DNA of 50,447 nt, counting the filler, from Sphacelaria rigidula (taxonomy: Eukaryota), in NCBI GenBank assembly GCA_964200075.2. It is 3 parts of 3 records of this genome, joined end to end, with 100 filler letters (N's around TTAATTAATTAA, not from the genome) between each part and the next. Parts side by side here need not be neighbours in the genome. Positions count along the whole stretch, not along the records: positions 16,852 to 33,601 come from CAXNAA020001265.1; positions 33,702 to 50,447 come from CAXNAA020001266.1; 1 more part is not named here. One strand, 5' to 3'. Shown here piece after piece: positions 27,195 to 38,701 of this stretch (the stretch's first letter is position 1; each line of letters starts with the position of its first letter). Under the pieces are notes generated by a model, which had not been told where the DNA came from, ran no database searches, and was given only the letters and a program-made list of their open reading frames with translations. The translations under genes and the position numbers were made by a program.

Positions 27195-28298
27195 ATCCAA
27201 AAAGTCATTGATGTCCATAAAATAGTTGAAGCGAATGGGGCGAATGAAGCGAATAAAGTGCAGGGAGTGAATGAAGTGAATGAGATGACTGGAGCGTATG
27301 CAATGGATGGATCGAATTTCGTGAAAAATGAATCGACCCAATTGAGTCAAGTAAACCAAGTACAGGAATTCATTATACCAATGAAATACATGAAGTGATC
27401 AAAAGTGAATAAAATCATTGAAGCGAAAAGAAGCGAATGTAATCACCGAAGTGGATCCGGTCAATAGAGTTATTGTCGTGAATATAAATTTTGAAGCTGA
27501 AAGAATGAATCGAGTGAACGTAGTATTCAAAACATAAAGGAATGAAATTAATCATATAAATGAAATGAATAATATGTAATGAAATCAAGGAAATGATTGA
27601 AGTAAATACGGTGAATGAAGTGAATTGAGTAGTTATGATTGTAGCGACAGTGATAAAGTGAAGGAACTGAATAAAAGGAATGCGTAGGGTGCCGTGAACA
27701 AACTGAATAAAGTCAACAGAGAGGTTAAAGTGATGTGAGTGAAATGAGGAAACGAAGAGAATGAAGTAGATGAAGCAACGAAAATATTTTTTGAATTAAA
27801 TGAATCTAACCAACGAAGTTTTGGGAGTGAATGAAACGATTGAAGCGTAAGAAGCGAATGATAAGGATGAAGCAAACGGGTTTATGAAACGAATAGATGG
27901 AATGACGTGAACTGGATCAATGAAACGATCAATGGCAATAACGTGATATGAAAATAAAATGGAAGAGCTGAAGGAAGAGAAAGAAGCGACGATAATGAAG
28001 GCATTGAATGCCGTGAAGGAAGTAAACAGAGTGAACGGAATCATCAAAGTGATTTAAATTATATGACTGAATGAAATAAATTCAGTAATCAAAATGAATG
28101 TACTAAATGAAATCAATAAACTTATTGCAGTGATGATCTCATTGAAGCGAATGAATTGGACGGAGTAAGAGGAATTAATGAAGTGGATGGACTCGAAAAC
28201 AATAAAATCATTCAAATTATTGAAGTGAATTGAATGGTCTCATTGCATGAAATGATTCAATGAATGAATTGCATGAAAACGAACGGGAAGAGTAAAAT

Positions 28299-29403
28299 AG
28301 AGAGTTTCGCAAGATGTTTTCTTTCATCATAGAGTCAGAGTGCAGAGTGGAAGCTTCGAAACATCATACTAGACGATAAAAAGTTCATAGCGGGAGCTGA
28401 TGTGACGTGGCTTGACGTGATATTTTTTTGTCGCAGTGATTGGCCGCAGATTATCCTGCCGAATGTACGATCGACCAAGATCCAGTTTGGAAGTGCGTAA
28501 GCCGACATAACATTGACTGTACCGTACACTGCGGTATCCTACGCACCGTAAACTACATTTTTTCCCTGCACCTGCAGTACTTCAATCCACTTCGGCGCAC
28601 TACAGGACATTGCGGTGCTGTAGTGTTGTGATGCTATGGAGCGTGGATTACAGTGCAGTACAGAACGTTTAATACATAATCCTACAACTGTCAGTGCATC
28701 ACGATGCAGTGAACTACTGTACAGCAATACCGTACAGAGAGTAATTTGTACGAACATTAGTACAGACAGTACGGTGCGCAGCACTTTCAAACAGCAGACC
28801 TCGGCTGCATTGTGATGATTTTCCCACGTGCCACCCATAACGGTGGTGCAAGGGGTCATGATCTCTCACGGGATGAGAATACAGCCAAGTGTAGTACTAC
28901 TTGTGCGCTGCGTACACTACGAATCGTCCCCACCGTCTTATTCCTCCAGCTGAAGCTGGCAAGAGTGGGGAACCGCACCCAAGGCAACGTGTACCCGTCG
29001 AGCATTTGAATTTTCACGCAACGCAACCAAGCCAGTGCTGATACCATGGCGGCGTCAGGGAGGTCATCTGATTGCGTTGCCAAGCTTTTCTACTTCGTGA
29101 ATGGCCCATTGTGATGAGTATGGCAGTTTCGGTGGATGACGAATGTCTTACTTCGCTTGGTAGGGTCTATTGACTTTGAACTGGACGTGACCATGGTGGT
29201 GAAGGTGGGCGTGGTTCTTTTTTATTCCGCAATGAACTCTGAAGAGGAAAAACGGTCGTCAGAGTGAAGTGGTGCAAACGTCACTTTGACTCTGAAATCT
29301 TCGCTCTAGAAAATACTTCATAGCGGAAATGCACCGTTACCGGCTATTTTTCCTTCCACTCTGACTCTAAAATGAAATAACTTGGAGTTTTTCGAAACTC
29401 TCT
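28299..29403. mobile_element. 1.1-kb non-autonomous TIR DNA transposon inside the satellite
   Basis: ~55-bp imperfect TIR agagagtttcg...tagagtcagagtg / cactctgactcta...cgaaactctct; no intact transposase. Confidence 0.8.
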
Positions 29404-30936
29404 TGTGAATATTATCTTTGAACAGTTGAATAAAACGGATTTACTGGACCGAGAGAAGTAAATGGAGTGAAAAAGTGAAGAAACCGAATGTATTGAACGT
29501 GTTGAAGGCCGCTCAAAACCAAATGAAGCGAATAAAGGGACTGAATCAATTGAAGTGAAGCAGATAAATGAAAAAAATAAGTGGATGAAATTATTGAAAC
29601 GAAACGATGAAAATACTCAATGAAACGAGTTGCTGCAATAGAGAGAACGAAGTGACTAAAAAAAACGGCGTGGATGGGCTGAATCGAGTGAATGGCAAAG
29701 AAAGTTGAATAAAAAGAAATAACTGAATGAGAAAGATGAATTTCATGAAATGAACAGAGTGAATGAAAAGAATCGAATGACTCAAGAAAAAAAAATGAAC
29801 GAAGATATGGAATGAATGAAGTGAAGGAGTGAAGTAAATGAAATAAATGAAGATAGTAGAAAGAACAAAAGAAGTGGAAGCGGATGAAGTGGATGAGAAG
29901 CACGAGGTGTATAACGAACTGATCGAAATAATGCAGACAAAGGAGTTCATGAGGAGAATGAAACGAATGGAATAAACGAAGCGACTGCAATGAACGAAGG
30001 GAATGAAATCAATCAAGTGGAGCGAGTGCATGGAGTCGACAGTGTCAATGAAACGAATGGAGTGAATGGAGTGGATGGAGTGAATGAAGTGGATGGAGTG
30101 AATCAATGAAATGAAATAAAGTGAGGAATATTCACAAATGAAACGAAATAAATTCAGCGAATCCAACTAGCGAAGTGGACGGAAAGAACGCAGTGAGAGA
30201 ACAAAACGACGTGAATGAAGAAAACGTACTGTATGGAGTAAATCAAGAGAAAGACGAAAACTTAATACATGGGACTCAAAAAGTGAATGCAATGAATGAA
30301 CTGAGGTGAATGAATGTTGTAAGCGAGTGGATGAAATCAATGGGGTCCGTTTAATGAATGGACTGAGGCGAGTGTATGAAACGAATAAGGCGAAGAAATG
30401 GGGCACTCGGGTGACTAATAACGAAAACTGAATGGAGGGAACACATGATGTAAGTAAGCAGAAGAACGGCGTGAAAACATCTACGAAGTGAACGATATGA
30501 AACACGTGAATGAGGGGAATTAAATGACAGAAGTAAGTGAACGAAAAACATGTTACAAGTGAAGGGATAAAATAGAATAAACAAGTTGAAAGAAGTGGAT
30601 ACATGAGCAAAGTTGAAGAGATGAACTGAGTGAATGGATAATATGAGGGGAATGGGAAAGATGAGCTGAAATGAGAAGAACCAATAGAATAGGAAAAAAC
30701 GAAGTGAGTGCATTCAACGAAGTGATTGGGAACATTGAGGTGTTTAGCATGCGTGAAGCGAATGAGAGCATTGAAGGGGATGACACGAATAGGTTGTTCG
30801 GGAGGAATCAAGTGATTGAAATGAATGAAGTCAAGCGACTGAATGAATTCAAGCGAATGGATGGAATAAATGAATTAAGTGAACGCTTTTACGAAGTGAA
30901 TACATATACAAAGTTACTATATTAAACAAGTGAATA

Positions 30937-31293
30937 GCCGGGCGCCCCGGTGGCTCAGTTCGTAACTTCGGAACCTTCCGACGGTTGGGTCGTGCGTTCA
31001 ATTCTCGAAGCGATCTGGGGCTTTTCCTCACACAATGCTTAACAGTGGAGAGCGGCTATATCGTGGGTATACAACATTCGACTTGACAGTCGACGAGGGA
31101 AAGGAACTGCTGAACCCGTCGTGCGCTAGACAATGTAGGCAAGCACCGCAGGAGGAAAGTGGGGTATTAAAACAATTAAAAACGGAAACGATCCTGCTTT
31201 GATCTTCCTCTTGTGTGACCTCGGCTGGTGCGCCCACATATACCGTAAGGTGTAGAACGCCGTTCAGAAAAGAAGGGACGACAACACACACAA
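30937..31293 (+). mobile_element. tRNA-derived SINE, near full length
   Basis: A-box-like tggctcagtt and B-box-like gttcaattc; CA tail; TSD-like acaagtgaata / acaagcgaaca. Confidence 0.85.
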
Positions 31294-32540
31294 GCGAACA
31301 CATGAACGACGAAATGCATGGACGAAAAACAAAGTGTATGAAATGCATGAAGTGATTGGAAGCGATGAAATAATTAAAACGAATAACGTGCTCTAGATGA
31401 ATCGAGTGACTGGACTGATGAAATGAAAAGAGTGAATGGAATCGATAAAGTCGATAAAACGAATGAAGTCAAGCGAGTGAATGGAGTGACGCGAACGGAT
31501 GGAATGAATGAAGCGAGTGAATCCGTGGAGTAACTACGTGTACGAAGTAAACACATTTACTAAGTGATTATTTGGAACAAGTGAATACATGAACGAAGGA
31601 AATGCATGGTGGAATCGGACACACAAACGGAACGAATGAAGTTGATCACGTGAATGAGAACAGTAAGTTGGATGAAATGCAGCGCATTGATGAAATTCAA
31701 AAAGTGGAAAGAACAAATGACGTGAATGAGAAGAATGCGGTGAAGACAAAGGATAAAGTAAATGGAATGAATGAAGTATCGCGAGTGAATGGAGTCAACG
31801 AAAGGAATGAAGTGAGCAAAGTGTGAAGAGGATGCATAAAATGTAGACTGATTAGCATGAATAAACTGAATGAAGTGAATAAATGAACGACCTCGATACA
31901 ATAATCGAGTTGATGTAGAGAATGGAGTGAATGCAGAGAATGACGTGAACGAAAAGAGTCAAATAGAGACGTGAATGAAATGAATGAAGCGGATTGAAAC
32001 AGTGGAGGGAATGAAAAGAACAAAGTAAACGTGAAGAGTGGAGTACAAAACTTATATTTCATGAATGAAGTAAATGAAACGAGTTGGGTGAATGGGAAAG
32101 AACGCAGTGCACAAAAAAGAATAGAGTAAATAGAAAGAATTAGCAAAGTAAAAAAACAAACCGGAAGAAGAGAATAGAGTCAGAAACGAACGAGATGAAA
32201 ACAAAGCTTGACGAAGATAGACTGGATGACGAAAATAGAATGAAGTAGATGAATCCAAGGGTGGGGGCCCATATTTGGTTTCAGCTTCTTGGCCGAGGGA
32301 ACGCGCAGAAGTGGCAGCGATGCGCAGCGCGTTTGAATACAGTGGCAACCACAGCAAGTATACACAGCGCTTGGGATGTACGTGGCGGCAAAGTGGAAGC
32401 AGAGATCCTTCAAATAGAGCACGAAGCAACGGATAAATCCCGGCAACGGCAAAGTGCGGGAACCTTCCCTTACTTATTTTCAGGTTTGCTTCCACGTTCT
32501 CAGTGGAGTGGAGGCGTAAGGGTGGCGGCGGCGCGCAGCG

Positions 32541-33226
32541 GGTTTGTATATAGCAGTAACACAAGTGGAACGCTCGGCTTTATATTCAGTATGATTATTC
32601 CCATACATATTCCAGTATATTCGATGTATCCCCTCGAATTGTCACGATTTCAAGGCTTTGTACATAGCGTCGCACCCGCAAAAGTCCCACTATTAACGGT
32701 TTTCACATAGCGACAACAGAAGTGGAACGCTCGGTTCTATAATCAGCATAACAATCATAATAATTTGAATTGTCACGATTTCAAAGCGTCATACATAGCG
32801 TCGCACCCGCAAAAGTTCCATTACTAACGGCTTTCACATAGCGGAAGCACAAGTGGAACGCTCGCTTCTATAATCAGTATAGTATTTCTCATATGTATTC
32901 CAGTATATTCGATATATCACCCTAAATTGTCACGATTTCAAGACTTCGTACATAGCGTCGCACCCGCGAAAGTCCCGTTATCAAGGGCTTTTACATAGCG
33001 GCAACACAAGTGGAACGCTCGGTTTTATAATCAGTATAATCATTCCCATACATATTCCAGTATGTTCGATGTATCATCTTGAATTGTCACGATTTCAAGG
33101 CTTCGTACACAGCGGCGCACCCGCGAAAGCCCCGTTATCCCGGGTTTTGACATGGCGGTAACACAAGTGGAGCGCTCGGTTCTATAATCAGTATAGTAAT
33201 TCCCATACATATTCCAGTATATTCGA
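32541..33226. repeat. 157-bp tandem array, ~4.4 units
   Basis: Anchor a(c/g)aagtgga at 32561, 32718, 32849, 33006, 33163, giving spacings of 157, 131, 157 and 157. Confidence 0.92.
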
Positions 33227-33240
33227 CTTGATTAAAAAAA

Positions 33241-33570
33241 TCCCGCCCGGAAGAGTTGGTCATGGGCAGACGCGTCCCGCCCGGAAGATATTGCCCATCT
33301 ATTGAAGCATTCCGCCCGGAAGGGTTGGTCATGAACAGATGCGTCCCGCCCGGACGACATTGCCCATCCATTGAAGCATCCCGCCTGGAAGGGTTGATCA
33401 TGGACAGACGCGTCCCGCCCGGAGCTTTCCAGGCATGGTCGATTGAAAGCCCTTGCAGCACGCTAGAGTCCCGCCCGGAGGACTCCCGCCCGGAGGTGTC
33501 AGACATAACCGATACACAGCACCGGCACCACCCACGAGTCCCGCCCGGAGGAGTCCCGCCCGGAGGTTTC
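33241..33570. repeat. 69-bp tandem repeat built on the TCCCGCCCGGA motif
   Basis: Units at ~33241, 33310 and 33380, then shorter motif copies close to the gap. Confidence 0.88.
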
Positions 33571-33601
33571 CAGACAGAGCCGATTGGAAAGCCCGAGAGG
33601 C

Positions 33602-33701
33602 NNNNNNNNNNNNNNNNNNNNNNNNNNNNNNNNNNNNNNNNNNNNTTAATTAATTAANNNNNNNNNNNNNNNNNNNNNNNNNNNNNNNNNNNNNNNNNNN
33701 N
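33602..33701. other. Assembly gap with TTAATTAATTAA linker
   Basis: N-run, ttaattaattaa, N-run. Confidence 0.95.
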
Positions 33702-35440
33702 CATCACTTGATCGCAACGACGAAGTCAGTCCATTGCAACAAAAGATCCCCTCTTTCAGGAAAAACCGTGTAGTGCCTGAAACAGTTTCAGTTCCGGAAT
33801 GCCCTCGCAGGCGTTACAATGCTTTGTGCGGCATCTCACCAACCAGACCGCCAAATTCCTCGAATGAGATACTGTACGGTAGCTGCATGCACAGGACGTG
33901 TGCTCAAGCAAAAAAAAAAAAGTTGGCTGTAAGGAACGCTAGAGCATCCACGAATATGGTGCTAATTAATGTTTGTTGGGATATGGTTTTCATTTTTCGG
34001 TTGGGAGTGGTTTGGGTTGCGTTATCATTTTTCGGATTGGATCGCTATTTTTTGGAGAAAGTACAAAATTAATTAATAGTTCAACTAATTGAAGATTGTC
34101 AGAGGATGGATGTTGGGAGTGTGGATTATTATTATGGATGGATGTTGGGGGTGGATATTTCTTGGGGGGGGGGGGCAAGGGAACACAATCGAAGGGAACA
34201 CAATGTAGGACGGACAACAGCCAAAAGCAACAGAAAGCGAAGGATTCCCGCAACTGTATAACCGATACAGTACGTACGAGTAGTGCAGTGGTGGCAGCAC
34301 CCGCTCGCGGCGGTTTGGTACAACGATCATGCATTTCATTATCGATTTTTGTCCGTTCGCGCTAAAAAAATGGCGGACGTGCAGCTGACGTCAAGGCGAC
34401 AGCATCGATACCTGTTGGTTCGGCTCCTGAGACTCGTCGCTATTCGAAACTTACGGCGCAAACAAACGCAAAAACATGGGCAAAATATTCACAACGAAAT
34501 AATGATGATTCGCGAGATTTTCACTTCCTCCGGGATCTACCGTACCCCCTCGACTGGGAGGGCGGGTCATGTGGGTCATGGACTCGTTCTAGAAGTGAAA
34601 ATGATGCCGATTCGACAGATGACCTGCCCCCGCGGTCAAAGGGGTACAGTACGTACATATTCATGTTGGATTTTCGCTCGAGGATTTAGTTGGGACCTGG
34701 AACTCTGACGAGAGGTAGGTTCAAATCAACGATTCGAAGACCATTGTCAGGATGGTTATTCTGTTCGGAAATCAAGGGCGGATATGTTATTTCGATAATC
34801 AGTCAAAACGGACTCGTCTGAAAATAAAAAGTATTCCGATGATACCCTTCAAGAAGAGGTTAATGCGTGTGCGTGCCTCTGTTCAAGATCGAAGGTTATG
34901 CCTGAGACGCTCTCCAACTTTAATCATAGCGAAATATAAAGGTGTCATGTTCATGTTATTTTGGTCTGACCTCGTGGGGGCACGCCTCAACAATAAATGG
35001 GGGGTATGGCTCCCGGAAGAGAAACTACAAATCCCGTTGACCCGATGGCACGTTACGCAACCATGAAGATATAGTGCACCAGTCACCTGTAGACAATGAT
35101 CAATATATGAGAGTCATCGGCAAGTAATTGCCTGCCGACATACTATTGCATGCAAGCCCTCTGCAACTAGAGATACCTGTCCTGTTGTGGACAGCCATCA
35201 GATCAGACACTCGTGCACCTAGTTTGCCTGTAGACAACTTTTGGACTAGAAACGTCGGTGGAAAGTACGCATGCACGTGAAAAACCTGTCCACCACCGCT
35301 ACTACCACTACTACAGTACAGAGGAATACACTATGCACGACGATGGTCGAAATTAACTCGAGGAGACACACGAGACTGCAAAAATACGTCTCTCACCAGC
35401 CAATTCTACAGGCAGCCGTGAACAACCCCCCGATATGAAC

Positions 35441-35789
35441 TGTGTGTGTTGTCTTGTCCTATTTATTCTGGACGCCGGTCTACACTTTTCGGTAGATGTG
35501 GGCGCATCAGTCGGGATCACACAGGAGGAAGGTCAGCACAGGAGTTTTCTTCCTTGTTTATTTTCGTTCCCCACCTTTTGGGGGGATGCTTGCCTTCATG
35601 TTTTATCGCGAGAGGGGTTCAGCAGTCCCTTTTCCTCGCCTGCCATCAAGTCGAATTTCGTGTACCCACGACATGGTCGCTTTCCACTGTTGGGCATCGT
35701 GTGAGAAAAAATCCCAGATCGCTACGAGATTCGAACCCACTATCCAACCGTCAGTTACTTACTATGAGTATTATTACTGAGGGACCGGC
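35441..35789 (-). mobile_element. tRNA-derived SINE (reverse), degenerate head
   Basis: Reverse complement of the 30937/48628 body; B-box (gattcgaacc on +); (TG)n tail at 35441. Confidence 0.85.
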
Positions 35790-36971
35790 TATGAACCACG
35801 AGCGAATCATCACACGGGATTATACTACTTCAATGCGGATGGATTGTTCATCGAGGATGAACCTTTGAAACCTTCATGAATAAGCATCATTCTACTTTCT
35901 GGACAAGAAGGCTAACGCACTACTGTACTGTCCGCCCGTGGTGTGTGGCCTCACTCATCCTCATTCAACAAAATCCGTACACTATAAATTGTAAAATTTC
36001 GTGTGTGGTTCATATCGACTAATTTTGACCTCCGTTCATTCCCGTGCAAGAAAATGCCACGTATATATATCACGGCCGGAAAGTGCATGTGGATTATGCT
36101 TTGGAGAATATCCCAATGCTTGAATGCTTGTGAACGTCCCCAAGGTTCATCCTATGAAAGAAAAATCCATCCGCAATTCGTAAAATCCCGTGTCAACCCG
36201 AAGATCGTGGTGCGGGTAGTCCATCTGCATCAATACTTTTTCAAGTGAATATTGATGCCGATTCAGTAGGTGACCTACCCTCGCGTCAAAGGTTTGAAAA
36301 TACTGCATCTCATGCTCGTTTTCGATGCGTGGGTGGCTCCGGGCGCATAGCGTAATGATCTTCGCGTTGAGCTACGATTCGTATGAATTACTATCTGAAC
36401 ATCGAAAAACACATGCCATTCTTCGCGCCACAAAATTTCAACATTGAAAAAAAGCTTGTTTCTTTGTTTTACCAACGGGTTGTGATTTGGTACCGAACAT
36501 ACTGGAAACATCTTTCGATACACATGGAGTTGAGCAGTCACCTTTAGTATTAGCAATATACGTGAAATACGCCCACTGCTGCACGCTGAGATGACATTTG
36601 CCGTCCTCAACCTCTCCGAAGATGAAGCGGATGCTGTGCGACATTTTTGTTTGGTGGTGCTTTCCGTCGTAGCGCGACAAAATCGGTACCGTTCGCTTGT
36701 CCTCGTACTCCTCACCGTCACAACGATTCGTGTTGATTCGTGTTTTGTATCACCCGCGATCCGAGAACTGGGGGTTTGCCCGAGTTCGTCAAGTTGCCAT
36801 GGTTGACAGATTCTGGATTTTTCGAACCGATGGAGATGCGGGACGCCAACCAACATAAATACCCCGTGGGACTTTAGACTGTAGTTGCAAAGGGTGTTGA
36901 GTACCGTCATGAGAAGCTAAGAGATCACGCTCAGTATAAATGTCCCATCTTAAGCAAGGGTTCATCATGAC

Positions 36972-38701
36972 CTGCGGTGTTGGAATCGTGTAGCTATCGT
37001 GGCCGAGGCTGAGGACTTCCGCGTTTCCTTTGAACATTTCAGCCTAATTTTCTCACAACCTCGTTTCTCACGAGCGCGCCGCCACTCTACCGTACTGTAA
37101 ACAGTGCTGGCTTCCTACAACAGCACACAACTTTGTGATACGAACGTAGTTGTATTCGTAGCCGGTTGCGGCCTTCAAGTCACGACTCCAGGCATAATGC
37201 CGAAACAACACGCGGTGACATGCGCACGCAGGAAGAAAGTTGTGCGAAGTTGTTGGGTTCCAACAGCTTGCGGGTGTGCCGCCATTCAGTGGCATGGGTG
37301 GAGATCGGTCGAGACACGAGGGTGATTTTGCGATGCTGTCAACGCACATCTGACCTTTTCAGGGCGAACATATACTGCTGAGTCGGTATTGTTTGTCAAC
37401 TGAACAATGGCTCCAAAACCTACGTGAGCCAACCTTGACGCTCAAAAAGCCAACTTTCTGCCAACTCGACTACAACAGGTAGTATAGGAGTGCACAATTC
37501 AGACTGTGGTATACCGTACAGTACAGTACAGTACAGTGCAAGGTAAGGAACAGGGGGGGTTACTTTAGGAGGTTGTTGTGGGTGTGCATGTTTTGCAAGC
37601 ACTCGGCAAATCATGGTTTTCACAGCGGCACCAAGAGCATCATAAACAGCTCCCAACCCTGGAAGACTCTTCTAAAAAAGTCAAGTCGGTACACGGAGTA
37701 GGTGATCACGGCTGCCTTGTACTGACTGTACCGCACCGCGCATACCTGTCGAATGAATTCCACATTCTCCCACGATAAAGTCCTCTTGCAAAAAGTCTCG
37801 AGCGCGCGCTCCATCATCTTGTTACTCAATGATCGATGGAAGTTCTCGACCCTCGACGCACTTGTCTCTTTCCCGGCCATCCGTGCCGCCACATCACCGG
37901 GCGCCAGCGATATCGATCTCCCCTCAGGCTCACGAAGCCAATGATGACTTTCGTCGTTCATGTAATCATAATTATTGTGAGAAGAGATGACTTTTAGAGC
38001 GGTCGGGTGAAGTTCGGCTGATCCGTCGACGTGCTGTCGCTGCCAAGTCTCAGTCTGTTGCTGCTGTGATGGTATTCGTGGCCCTTCTTCATGCTGCTGC
38101 AGCAGGTGCTGCTGAAGTTGATTTGCGTTCCGCCTTTGTGGCAAGAGTTTGTTGCGCATGCTCACCAGCAGGTTTTGGTGCTGATATGGGCGTGGCGCGT
38201 GTGATGGCTCCACAAGTAATGACAGGGAACGGTCAGAAGGGTTGGATCTGTGCTGCACGCGGCTGTGCTGGTCAAATATGCTGTGATGCTCTTCTCCTGT
38301 CGTTTCAGCCGTACCATCATCATCTTCGCGGCTTTGTCCCTTCAGCCCTGTCCGTCGCTTACGCTGCTGCTTGCAATCTTCTGCCCTGTCCCCTCTCCCT
38401 CGCGACGAGAATATGCGAAGAGAAAACGATCGTGTACTCTGCCGACGTGATGACAACGATCGGCTGCGATCGCCAGCCGTGCTGGGCGGGGGGTGCCTGG
38501 GTTGGGGCGGCGGGGACTCGGAGTCGGTAATCAAGGCTAGGTCGTCGGCTGAGGAACAGCTGTCCTGATCAGTGAGCGAAGTCGAGGATGCTGGTGAAAG
38601 AACACAGGTCCGACTCGACAATGAGAGTGAAGGCAGGTGGGGTTTTCGTGTCGTGGTAGTACCCAACATCGTTTTGCTCGCAAGCGACCCCACGCGTTTA
38701 T
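36972..38701 (-). CDS. Partial RGS-domain-like protein (exons 38701-37746 and 37043-36972; other exons unresolved)
   Basis: ORF 37620-38693. The spliced reading FHRSLSNKMMERALETFCKRTLSWENVEFIRQ|AEMFK resembles the RGS helix 3-4 motif (F..F....ENL.F...E.FK). Canonical splice sites, phase 0. Confidence 0.65.

Larger units (their letters stand above)
25405..32256. repeat. Degenerate purine-rich satellite, ~9-bp unit (GAATGAAGT/GAATGGAGT)
   Basis: Continuous gaat/gaag/gtgaat motifs, e.g. atggagtgaatggagtggatggagtgaatgaagtgg at ~30057; interrupted by MITEs, a SINE and a 1.1-kb TIR element. Confidence 0.92.

Noticed and set aside
25731..32146. Long F/H/I/S-rich ORFs on the minus strand
   Set aside because: They are artefacts of the stop-poor complement of the GAAT satellite.
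32541..33570. CRISPR-like array
   Set aside because: Whole units are homologous with no unique spacers, there are no cas genes, and the context is eukaryotic.
36225..36262. FQVNIDAD, an RGS-like peptide on the plus strand
   Set aside because: It is on the wrong strand for the RGS gene and coincides with a short inverted repeat, so it is probably chance.
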